Assembly: GCF_006345805.1 (NCBI RefSeq)
Contig: NC_042997.1
Location: forward strand, 133,176,001-133,240,000
Reading direction: 5' to 3'
DNA from: Octopus sinensis
Lineage: Eukaryota
Length of the DNA stretch: 64,000 nucleotides
In this document: one piece after another, positions 51,995-64,000 of the stretch
Layout: the number at the start of each line of letters is the position of its first letter
Position numbering within the stretch: the stretch's first letter is position 1
Notes under the pieces: model-generated
Databases searched by the model: none
What the model was told of the DNA's origin: nothing
What the model saw: only the letters and a program-made list of their open reading frames with translations
Position numbers and translations under genes: made by a program

Positions 51995-52048
<54 letters not shown>

Positions 52049-52049
52049 C

Positions 52050-52061
52050 TCTCTCTCTCTC

Positions 52062-52109
<48 letters not shown>

Positions 52110-52654
52110 AAATAACTGTCCCAATTTTTTGTCTTCCTTTCTTTCTCTCATGAGTTCTTGCATGTCCACTAATCTATCCGCCTGTCAGCACGCTTTTCTT
52201 TGACATTGCTTCCATTTTCTCTATCAATATTTCTATCTATCGTTTTCTCTATCAGTCTGTCTAGTTGCTTGTCAGTTCTCTGCCTTTTTTTCTTCTCATT
52301 TCTACTTCACCCTATATCACCCTCGCAAACATCCAATCAGTTTATTAATGGAGTGTCGATCTACCTTCCCTCCATCTTGGCTTTCTCACTGTCTCTGTCG
52401 TTTCCTCTCCTTCTCTTCCGCTCGTTTCATTCTCTCGTTCTGTTGTCTACCCTACCATTTGTCAGGGTGTATCTATCAGCTAGTTCTTTCTCACTTTCAA
52501 TTCTTCCATTGATACATAAACATTGTTACCACCATGACCTCAACCACCATCACCAGCGCCATATACGCACGTAGAAGCAGTCACGAATGCGTGTATGATC
52601 TATTTACTTACTAATCTCGCGCCCTCACACACAAACACACACATGTATATATAT

Positions 52655-52713
<59 letters not shown>

Positions 52714-53313
52714 GCATTATACATACATATATATATACATATATTTATATATATATATGCTCAATTATATATCTACATGTAGACATGTATTAATACACAT
52801 GCATATATATATATATGTATGTATGTATGTATACATATATATATATATGTGTGTGTTCAATTTTATACCTACATATATACATATAGACATGTACAAGTAC
52901 ACACACACAAATATATATATATATAGTTATTTATATTTATATATAGATGCATATATGTATGTGTGTATGTGTGTGTGTGTGTGTGTGTCTGTGTGTATCT
53001 TTAGTAGTTCATATATCCGAAAAAGTAGCACATATATACTGTATTAAGATACATAACCATACATGCATGTATGTGTGTATCTATACACTCACACATACGC
53101 ATACGCACACACACGCATGTGTATATAAATACACACACATACATATGAGTGCATGTATGTATTATATGCTTGTTCTGAGGAACAAGTGTTATATGCACAA
53201 AACTCTATAAGTACTCCATACTTCAAGAGATGCATTTAAATACAAATTAATTTTCATAGCTGTTTACACGTTCATAAATCTGGATCTTCCCCCACATCTC
53301 CCCCTCTCCCTCT

Positions 53314-53385
<72 letters not shown>

Positions 53386-54605
53386 AAATAACTGTCCCAA
53401 TTTTTTGTCTTCCTTTCTTTCTCTCATGAGTTCTTGCATGTCCACTAATCTATCCGCCTGTCAGCACGCTTTTCTTTGACATTGCTTCCATTTTCTCTAT
53501 CAATATTTCTATCTATCGTTTTCTCTATCAGTCTGTCTAGTTGCTTGTCAGTTCTCTGCCTTTTTTTCTTCTCATTTCTACTTCACCCTATATCACCCTC
53601 GCAAACATCCAATCAGTTTATTAATGGAGTGTCGATCTACCTTCCCTCCATCTTGGCTTTCTCACTGTCTCTGTCGTTTCCTCTCCTTCTCTTCCGCTCG
53701 TTTCATTCTCTCGTTCTGTTGTCTACCCTACCATTTGTCAGGGTGTATCTATCAGCTAGTTCTTTCTCACTTTCAATTCTTCCATTGATACATAAACATT
53801 GTTACCACCATGACCTCAACCACCATCACCAGCGCCATATACGCACGTAGAAGCAGTCACGAATGCGTGTATGATCTATTTACTTACTAATCTCGCGCCC
53901 TCACACACAAACACACACATGTATATATATATATATATAATATATATATATAATATATATATATATATTTATATATATGCATTATACATACATATATATA
54001 TACATATATTTATATATATATATGCTCAATTATATATCTACATGTAGACATGTATTAATACACATGCATATATATATATGTATGTATGTATGTATACATA
54101 TATATATATATGTGTGTGTTCAATTTTATACCTACATATATACATATAGACATGTACAAGTACACACACACAAATATATATATATATAGTTATTTATATT
54201 TATATATAGATGCATATATGTATGTGTGTATGTGTGTGTGTGTGTGTGTGTCTGTGTGTATCTTTAGTAGTTCATATATCCGAAAAAGTAGCACATATAT
54301 ACTGTATTAAGATACATAACCATACATGCATGTATGTGTGTATCTATACACTCACACATACGCATACGCACACACACGCATGTGTATATAAATACACACA
54401 CATACATATGAGTGCATGTATGTATTATATGCTTGTTCTGAGGAACAAGTGTTATATGCACAAAACTCTATAAAGTACTCCATACTTCAAGAGATGCATT
54501 TAAATACAAATTAATTTTCATAGCTGTTTACACGTTCATAAATCTGGATCTTCCCCCACATCTCCCCCTCTCCCTCTCCTTCTCTCTCTCTCTCTCTCTC
54601 TCTCT
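52050..54605. repeat. Tandem duplication, unit about 1.27 kb
   Basis: Identical 124-aa ORFs at 52200 and 53476 (offset 1276). Units are bounded by (CT)n(AT)n tracts and differ only in repeat and homopolymer lengths. Confidence 0.95.
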
Positions 54606-55201
54606 CCATCTTCTCACCCTTTTAATATGCTATCTCTCTGTATTCATCACTTTGTTCCTATTGTCACACCCTCTATCTCTCATATATCTGTAATGTTCCT
54701 TCCTCATTTCTCTTCCTCTCCAATGACAATTCTCATTGTAACTATTAACATTTATGTGTATGCCTATGTGCATGGCTTCAACGTTATGATAATACATATG
54801 TAAATATATCTCTGATTGTACGTACATGTGTTTGTCTAATGTGTGTAGATGCAACAACAGATTGCTTTAGTGCCACATTCAACCAATCCTTCCTTCCTTC
54901 CTGCTTTCCTTTAGTTATTCTTTCATTCATAGCTTTCTTCATTTCCACTATTTTGTATCCATTGTATTTTTTCCCCTTTCATTCGCTCCTTCGTTCTTCT
55001 TTATTGCTTTCCCCTACCCTCCAATATGGCTCCCTCTATTATCTCTCCTTTATATTGTAAACTCTTTTATATGCCTATGTGAATAGAACCTGTCTCTATG
55101 ATATCATCTATCTTTCACAGACAAAATGCACACACATATTCACACGGATGTATGAATATATATATATGTGTGTGTGTGTGTGCGTGTATGTGTGTGTGTG
55201 T

Positions 55202-55252
<51 letters not shown>

Positions 55253-55485
55253 TGTGTGTGTGTGTGCGTGTTATATGTCATGACACTGGTATAGTCTGGG
55301 AATTACGTTAATGGTACACGTGTCTGTGGAAGACTCAGCAATTTACAAGTTAATTTAACAAGTAGGTAGTTCAGTTCGTGGAACAAATGAATGCTCATCG
55401 CCTACCTCGATGATCCATCACATGATCGTATAACCGCACTGTCAGCACAGTACATAGTGTTAGACAGATTAATGTGCTTATATAA

Positions 55486-55576
<91 letters not shown>

Positions 55577-55699
55577 GGTGTACATACATGTATACACACA
55601 TGCACACACACCACACATATATACATATATGTATACGCACATATACATGTACATACGTATATGTTTATGTATGTGTGTACACACACTTACACACACATA

Positions 55700-56125
55700 G
55701 TGGCACCTTGGGCAAGTGTCTTCTATACCGTCGGTCCGACCAAAGCCTTGTGAGTGGATTTGGTCGGTGGAAGCTGAAAGAAGTTCGTCGTACGCATATA
55801 TATATATGTGTGTGTGTGTGTATGTATGTATATGTGTATCTATGTATATATATGTATGCATGTATATATGTATGTATGTATATATGTAAGTATATATGTA
55901 TGTATTTATGTATACATTTGTGTGTCTATTTGTCCCTTCACCATCGCTTGACGAATGATGTTGGTGTGCTTACATCCACATAATCTAGTGGTTCAATTAA
56001 AGGTACCGATAAAATAAGTACAAGGCTTACAAAGAATAAGTCCTGGGTTCGAATTCTTCGACCAAATGCGGTGCTCCAACATGGCTGCGGTCAAATGACT
56101 GAAACAAAGGAAAGAATGAAAGAAT
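55700..56125 (+). mobile_element. SINE family A, headless, degraded
   Basis: gtggcaccttgggcaagtgtcttct...gcggtcaaatgactgaaacaa. Confidence 0.8.
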
Positions 56126-56623
56126 ATATATATTAGATTTGAACAGACTCAAGAGTAACCGGCCGAAACTGTAAGGACGATCTGTAAAATTGACTGATGA
56201 GAGACGGCTGCAAATGACCCGTCGTTGTTTTTACCTCTCCATTTTTTTGTTGGTTTTCCCGCCTGTCTTTGTATCGTCTATCTGTCCGGATGTTTCATTG
56301 TCGTCTGTTGTGTTCTTGTTCATATAGCGGCGTACGTACACTTTTACTCACCTTGTAAGTATGTATCTAAATTCTGTATGACTCTTTTACTCTTTCTCTT
56401 AGTCCCTCTCACACTTTATTCTTTCTTTTCTCTTTTCTTCTTCTCGCCCCCCTCACATTTCTTTGATCTCCCTAGTTTCCCTCCTCAGTTATCTCTCTTG
56501 TACCTTTCTCTATGTTCTTTTGATTTCCTCTCTCGTTCTTCCCCTCATTCTTCAAACCCTCTGCTCCTACCTCTCTCTTTTCCTTCCACGTGACCGGTGT
56601 TCGGCCAAGCATGATCTTTCCTT

Positions 56624-57460
56624 CTTCGTATACCGGTGTAATTTCTCACGCTGAACAGGGTTTACTTTCAATACTTCTGACAAAATTTCATATTTTAGAA
56701 GTTATTTCGTATTAAAGTTGTCGTATTTGAGTAATTTTAACCAATCAACGACGTGTATTCAGTTGAAGAAAGCTACTGCTGTTTGCAATACTAATCGAAG
56801 AGGAACAGCTTCCAGGTCACCTCTCCTAAATGCCTCTACTCTGTTCTATTTGAATGTCGAAGGGAAAGTGTTGCTCCTTGGTCATATATGGCACAAAAGA
56901 GAAGCTCTCAGCCGCAAGAAAGACGATAACACGTTTATCCTTTCTTCCTTTCTAGTCAGCACCGTGCATTCCTTACTCTTTCCCTCTCTACCGGTAGACA
57001 GCTACTTTTATACTATCAACTACCAACCAGCGAGCGAACTTGTCACTCTCGCTACAATTACTGCTGTATTTCTAACTACATGTCGAACTAACGAAGAAAT
57101 ATATGTAAATGACATTTCTTCCTTCTTGGTGCGGATTCTTCCATGTTTACTGGTTACTCCGACGCGAGAAACACAAAAAAATTATAAAATGAAAGCGTGT
57201 AATATGCAACACAGGCAGTAAGCAAAAATAAAATAAAACAGAGTTGTGACATGTAGTAGAGATGATCCGGAAGTTGTTCTTCGATTATTATTGCGAACAG
57301 CTGTAGCTTTCTTCAACTGGATTCATGTCGTTGATTAGCTAAAAGTACCCAAATATGACTATTTTAACACAAAATAACTTCAACTTCTAAGATACAAAAT
57401 GTTGTCAAAAATGTTGAAAGTAAACCGTGTTCAACGTGAGAAATTACACAGTACACGAAG
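56624..57460. mobile_element. Foldback/MITE with about 190-bp imperfect TIRs
   Basis: 56624-56813 is the reverse complement of 57269-57460 (gtgtaatttctcacg.tgaaca.ggtttactttcaa...cagttgaagaaagctac.gctgtt.gcaata.taatcgaaga). TSD not resolved. Confidence 0.85.
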
Positions 57461-57589
57461 TTTCAAACTTTTTAGTTAAAATAAATTATGATTAAAAAAT
57501 ATGTGAGCGAAACTGAACAGATCCGTTCCTGCCTCAAGGACTTCGCTCTGCACACGCCAGCTCAATTTGATTCGTCTTTTTTGGTCGAA

Positions 57590-57915
57590 AGACACCTGTT
57601 GTTATTTTCTTGTTTGTATTTGTAATTGTGTAACATTTTCTCCGCTTTTTTGTCTTCGTTATCGTACACATTCGCTTGCTTTTTCTCAAACAATTTAATG
57701 CTCTTAGCTTAGACTTTTGGGCCTAGCTAGATTTGAACAGTCCCAAGTGTAACCGGCTGAAACTGTAAGGATGATCTGGAAATTTGACTGATAAAAGAAA
57801 GCTGCGAATGACTCGTCCTTGCCTTTTCCTTTTCGTCTTTTCGTTGTTTTTTCCTGTCCGTCTTTGTATCGTCTACTTGTCCGGATGTTTTATTGTCGTC
57901 TGTTGCGTTCTTGCT
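57590..57915 (+). mobile_element. Repeat family P2
   Basis: Homologous to 27880-28290 (-) and 56135-56320. Confidence 0.6.
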
Positions 57916-57928
57916 CTATTTTTTGTAT

Positions 57929-58258
57929 ATGGCTCAGTGGTTAGAGCATCGAGCTTACGATCGTGAGGTTGTGAGCTCGAATCCCGGACCGGGCTGCGTG
58001 TTGTGTTCTTGAGCAAGGCACTTTATTTCACGTTGCTCCAGTTCACTCAGCTGTAGAAATGAGTTGCGACGTCACTGGTGCCAAGCTGTATCGACCTTTG
58101 TCTTTCCCTTGGATAACACTGGTGGCGTGGAGAGGGGAGGCTGGTATGCATGGGCGACTGCTGGTCTTCCATAAACAACCTTGCCCGGACTTGTGTCTAG
58201 GAGGGTAACTTTCTAGGTGCAATCCCATGGTCATTCATGACCGAAGGGGGTCTTTACC
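57929..58258 (+). mobile_element. SINE family D
   Basis: Homologous to 35098-35435. Confidence 0.87.
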
Positions 58259-58752
58259 CTTTATATATATATATATATCTCCATTTGAGTAAATCATATA
58301 TCAAAGGAGTCCCGTACATGAAGACATTTCTAAATGATTGTGTTTATGTTCATTTCTCTTTAATCAATTATATTGTAAAAAAAACAAAAACAGAAACACG
58401 TGTTCGTAGATTTGAGATACAATAAAAGTTAAAATTGCTTTCCGTTAAGCGATATTTTAAAGTCTGTTTTCGTTTTGTCTTACAAGAATATGAGGTAGGA
58501 TGAATTTATTCTAACTCCCATATATTCTAAGTGAGTGTCTTATTGAAAATATTGTTTAGTTAAATATCTTTAGTCTTTTTATTCCAATCCTCAATCACTT
58601 TTCTTTTCCGTTTTTCTTGCTTCCATATATAACCACACTTTCCTTGTTAATATTTACTACCTGATCGAACGCACTTAGCGACACCACTCTTTGTCTCTTT
58701 CTTTCTTTCTTCCTTCCTTCCTTCCTTTCTTCCTTCCTTTCATTCTTCCTTC

Positions 58753-58823
<71 letters not shown>

Positions 58824-59189
58824 TCACCTTCTCTTCTTAAACATTCCTACAGTTAAATAAGTATCCTGTTTCTTTTTCAGTACACAACATCACTGCAAAT
58901 CTTCTCTGTCCTTAAAGTTATATATTTCGATTCATTGAACCTTCGCAAAGTACACTATCTTGACTTTTTCTTTCACATTCTCTCTTTAAACATTTTATCT
59001 CTCTCTTTCCAAATTCATTTTCAGTACGTCACATCACTCTTCAGTCTCTGTCTCCCTCTCTCTCACTCTCTATCCATCTATCCATCCATCTATCTATCTA
59101 TCTATCTATATATCTCTAAAATGATACCAAAACAAATAATTACCCACGCACAACACCACCACAACACATCGAAGAGTTAACAAACGTAG

Positions 59190-59560
59190 ATAAGAGCATC
59201 AACAGACACTTCCTGGGTGACTTCAACCTCCCACATGTTAACTGGCCGGTCATATCCTTTCTGGGAAGTCACTGCATGAACAAAAGCATGTAGAGTCATT
59301 ACTTGAAGTTTCTAATATGCTGTTCATGGAGCAAGTGATACTCAAACCAACCAGGGGGGACAAAATATTGGACCTCTGCTTCACAAATAATGCGAACCTC
59401 ATCTATAATGTGATGGTGACACCAACACCATTCTTAGATCACATCATTGTTGAACTAACTATATATGGTCCTAAGCGAACTACTGGTATCTATCCTATCA
59501 GGAAGACTCAAACATTATCCAACCTGAATTTCAATAAAGCAAAATGGGAATCAATCCGAC
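59190..59560 (+). pseudogene. APE endonuclease fragment of a CR1/L2/Jockey-group LINE
   Basis: LGDFNLPHVNW; MLFMEQVILKPTRGDKILDLCFTN; DHIIVELTI; LNFNKAKWESIR. Confidence 0.85.
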
Positions 59561-60051
59561 TGCACTCACCTCATAATATCTGCAGCTTAAACTTTATTCT
59601 TTCATCCCATACTTCCTATTATTTCCTTCATCTTTTCTATTTATCTGCCATTCACTTTCTATTTGTTTATACCTCCATTATTCCTTTAATTCCCTTATTC
59701 TCTTCCTGCTCTTCTTCTCTCGTTCTATGACGTCAAATTTCTTAACGGTATTCAAAAATTACTCGCGTTCCCTATCCACCCTTGCTTTACACACACACTC
59801 ACACACACATACATATATAGATGAGTGTATTTTTCCCTTGTTAACAGATAACACGGAAAAAATAAATAAATAAATAAATATTTGGAATAATATCAGTGAA
59901 ATCTTCGAAACATGTGTCGGAAGTAAAAGTATTTGAATTATACCTGCATTAAACACCATTGGTATATATAGATATGTGTGTGTGTGTGTGTGTGTAGTAG
60001 TAGTAGTTCCTAACATCTGTAAAAATGACTTATTGATGAGCACCGTTGTTT

Positions 60052-60144
60052 ATATCCTCCCTGATAGGATTGATGCATTTTTCCACATTATTTTTCATCT
60101 CGGATTTATTTTAATGCATCTATCGAAACATATTTCGGTGATAT
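60052..60144 (+). ncRNA. Relic long-stem-II hammerhead
   Basis: atatcctcc CTGATA-G gattgatgcatt...aatgcatctatc GAAA catatt TC ggtgatat. 12-bp stem II with one mismatch; G8 apparently deleted. Confidence 0.5.
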
Positions 60145-60231
60145 GGTGATATAAATGATATAAATAACAACTTGAGCGTTTGTCTCTATTTTCCATTATT
60201 CTTACACACACACACATACACACACACACAC

Positions 60232-60262
<31 letters not shown>

Positions 60263-61943
60263 GTATTTTTCTTCATGTGTCGGTCTTTAGATCTCCCCCA
60301 CCACTCACTCAACTAACTTCTTTTGATAGGAATGTACTTTACCAGCATTTACACTCACACCATCTAATTTCCCTAGACAAATACACTGCTTTGTATATAA
60401 ATAATAAAATTACCTTATCTATTTATCTACCTACAAGGAGAACCCGTGGAAATTCCATAAAACGTAAATGATTGAGAAGCTAATTAAGAAAAAAAGGATG
60501 ATTTGCATTTTCATTTTTATTTTGCTAAGTTAATTCACTTCCAGTCACAATAATATATCATATTTTAAAATTTCCTTCTACTAAACACTTTATATTTCTC
60601 TCTTTCTCTCTACCTCTTCGACAAACGTTTTAACCATGTAATTCTCGTCTTCGTGTTTTTAATATGTAATTGCCTTCGTGTCTTCGTGTCACTAACTCTT
60701 TTTGTATGTCTCTCTTAATGTAACTGCTTCCCCTGCCCATCTCTCTTTATCTACCTTTCTTTAACCTCACCACCAGAACGTTACCTTCTGCCTAATATTG
60801 TATTCTAAACATATCTCTTTCTCTTTACTTTTCCATCCCCACCTTATGCACCTCGTTACCACTTCTCTCTCCCTCTTTTCTCTCACTGTCTTTTTGTCTC
60901 GCTCTTCGCCTCTTCCTTCAACTAACCACGTGACGCATTTGGCCTTATACATTTTTCTCTACTTCTTCCTCTTTTCTTCTCTACTCACATTCCTCACCTC
61001 CTTCCCTCTGCCTCTCTCTCACACACACTTTTACTCCACCTCGCACTCACTCTACCTCCACCATTATAACTAAGGTATAACAAGCAAACGAACAACTAAA
61101 TTATTATACAGATCTTTCTCATACCAGAGTGTATTGCTTATTCCTCCCTCTTCTTTCCTCAAGATACCGGACACTATATATCTAATTCAAAGGTCTTACC
61201 TATCTATCTTTTCTCTCACCAGAATGTATTATTTATTCTTCCTCTCAATATTCATACACCTTTAGAACTGCTAACATTCATTTTCCCTTCTGGACTGAGT
61301 ACCCTGAATATATCCAACAGCATATATCTAATACAAACCTTTTACCTAACTATCTTTTCGCTCGCCAGAATGTATTATTTATCCCTCCTCTCAGTATTTG
61401 CATAACTTTGGAACTGCTAGCATTCATTTTCCCTCAGTATGTAGTCCTGCATAACCATTCTTTCCTTCTTCACACCATGCTGTACTACCGAACTACCCTT
61501 TCTGATCATGGATTTACCTAAAGAAGATCCGATCTAACTGAATTTAATTGGACTCTTCCACCCTCGGGGACATGATGAACCACAACAAATATCATTGATG
61601 AGGAACTTTCTTCTACTGTCTAACCTGTATCTTTCCTATGACGAAATACCCAACTTGCAGACTCTACGCTTGATACGATGCTCCAGTAACTGGGATATCT
61701 CGGAAACAGCTGTCAGAGACTATTTTTTTACTATTTTTACCATTTGTTATGTAGCTAAATTAGACTGAATTGAATTAAATTAAATTAAATGTCCTCACAT
61801 GTCTTACCTATTTGTTTGCCTTTCCTTACTATTTTAACATACACCTACTGACTGAAAGAGAAACCACCTTCAGCCATTTTGAACAAGGCTCACCGTAACC
61901 ACAACTTCATCTGGAATTTTGGTGGCACATATATTTGAGCAAC

Positions 61944-63670
61944 TGTTGTGGGGATAATAGTAATAATGGTACACCCCTCCTACGTAACGAGTGGTATGTG
62001 CTAGTCGATATAAATAAGGTGACGTCGGTCAGTATAAAGAGAGTTTATGTAGTAGACGGTTATAGATTGCCGTGGTTTTACTTGTCTTTCTAACTATACT
62101 GCTATACCGGAGTGAGCGTTATAACAATTCGACATTAAGGATTACAATAGTGGCAACAAGGAATTAACAAATCCACGATGAATTAACAAACTCACAAAAG
62201 TATTTTTGGTGCGAACTTTACGGAAAAAATAATCGTAAAACTATGGAAAGTTTGTTGGCCGGTTTTCTCGAGTTGCACAAACAGCAACAATAGAAACTAT
62301 AAAAAAACAGAACTGAAAGAACAACAACAGCAGTAGCTACAACTGCAAGAAAAACAGCAGAAGCAGCAACACCAATTATTATTACAGCAACAAATTCTGC
62401 TATTAATGAAGAGCAAGTCGCTGAAAAGATTCTCTCATCAGATGAAGGAGTTACTTCTGAGGCGTACTATAGAAGATACGAAAAATCTTCAATAACGAGT
62501 GCAAAGATTGAGATGACGATATGAAAATGTGTTTAATCTTAAGAAAATTGTCAGCAGGAGAACATGAAAATTACAGCAATTTCATACTCCCGAAAAAACC
62601 TGACATAAACTTTAAAGTTACAATAGACATATTGTGTAAAAATTTTAGTGAGTAAAGCTCTTTCAATATACGTTGGAAATGTTTGAACTAGAAAAGAACA
62701 ACGAGAAGGGCTACATCACATACGCTGGTAGAGTTAACAGGGAATGTGAAATGAAGACGAATTGATGCCAGATATGTTCACGTGCCTGATATTTACTCAG
62801 GGGATAAATGCAGAGGAAGACGCTGACGTAAGAAGAAGAATTCTCGCTAAGCTGAAACAAATCCAAGCTGTAACCGTACAACAATTGTCAGAAGAGTGTG
62901 GAAGGACAATGAATTTAAGACACGATTGAACATAAAGATTGCTCCCATGTGAAACAAGTGCGAAATAGACAGAACAGAAGTCAAGTGTGTACTAAAATAC
63001 TGTACAAACAGGACTAGAATCAGGAAAAAAAAAACATGTTTTGCATGTGGAGGCCTACACCTGAGAAAAATTTGTCCATTTAAGAAAACGGAATGTTTCT
63101 TTTGTGAAAAAATTGGACACGTAAAAGCGCACTGTAGGACCAAGATGACAAAATTTTGGAACAAAGAAAAAAGAATAAACAGTATGTCGTCGAAAGAAAA
63201 TAGTAATATAACAGAAATTTCGTAAACGTGAAAATTAGAAGTATAAGAATAAAAATGCAGTTAGTCACTGAAAGTATTATTACCATTGTGAACGAAAAAA
63301 CTTGGAAGTATGTCGGCAAGCTGAAATTAAGTAAATCTACAAAAGTAGGACATGATGTTACGGGTAAAAGATTGTATCTTGTCGGTGAATTTGTGTGTAA
63401 TGTAATAGTTCGTGACCAAATGAAAGCGGCAAAAATATATGTGCTAAAACTTCAGTTAATCTATTCGGCACAGAGTGGATGGAACTATTCAAATTGTGGA
63501 ACACGCCCATAAGTGTTTTGTGTGGGAATATAGTCGGTTCAGTCGAAGTTCGAACGAGGCTGAAGGACTGAAACAAAAAATAAAACATTTATTTACCGAT
63601 GTTTTCTCGGAGTAACTGAGCCGTTGCAAAAATCAAAGGCAAAAATCGTGGTAAAACCCTCGATTCAATA
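61944..63670 (+). mobile_element. Ty3/Gypsy (Mag-like) remnant: 5' LTR, PBS, gag-protease, truncated before RT
   Basis: Putative LTR from tgttg (61944) to about 62149; PBS-like tggcaacaagga; gag DEGVT..YYRRYE..LILRKL..NFILPKKP; double knuckle CFACGGLHLRKICPFKKTECFFCEKIGHVKAHC; protease IKMQLVTESIITIVNEKTW. Confidence 0.85.
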
Positions 63671-64000
63671 ACACCGTGTACAAACTCTATTACTTGGAAA
63701 GACCAATTCTAAATTCTATTGGAACTTACTCGCAAGGAACTGGAATCTTATATGTGTACCATTCTGCCTAAATAATGGATTTACAAATGCAGTATCCCTA
63801 CATATCTCACGTCTATTTTCATGACTCCACTTCACTCTCTTTCATATCTTATCTAGAATAACCATTGCTTAACCATTTTCTTACACCGTCTCCGGAAATA
63901 GCTTTAAGACCTTCTATTTATAAATGTTCTAAAATCATTCACACCCTTGTATATTTGCATGTATGGATGGATATAGATATGTATGTGTGTGTGTTTGTGT

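Noticed and set aside
57770-57835. SECIS element in family P2
   Set aside because: Could not place the AUGA/GA quartet and apical AA at canonical spacing.
59895-59925. GAAACATGTGTC hammerhead 3' half
   Set aside because: No CTGANGA or stem II partner upstream.

Overview
AT-rich, microsatellite-saturated eukaryotic DNA, most likely a coleoid cephalopod such as an octopus. That call is inferred from the tRNA-derived SINE families and repeat composition as I recall them, not from a database search. I cannot support any host protein-coding exon. Nearly all ORF-track entries are microsatellite or SINE artefacts, and the window reads as intronic or intergenic repeat terrain. Recognisable content: four or five tRNA-derived SINE families (about 35 copies or fragments), two R4/Dong-type REL LINE remnants, Tx1/L1-like and CR1-like fragments, three Penelope-like element (PLE) coding remnants (including a 381-codon Neptune-type RT ORF and a Naiad-type YRDD RT), a full-length decayed mariner, a second mariner fragment, a Tigger/pogo remnant, three MITE/foldback elements, a 5'-LTR+gag-pro Ty3/Gypsy remnant, and two local duplications. 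The most striking hidden layer is RNA-level. About 15 type I hammerhead ribozyme motifs lie in several short, non-coding, microsatellite-embedded PLE-terminal or retrozyme-like families. They include one intact-core hammerhead with an unusually long stem II (14152-14257, minus strand), minimal palindromic-stem-III forms, a multi-copy family with a shared A6U core change, and near-perfect palindromes. Two inversions have breakpoints inside a hammerhead. Hammerheads in PLEs are established knowledge; these variants and the foldback geometry are what merit testing.
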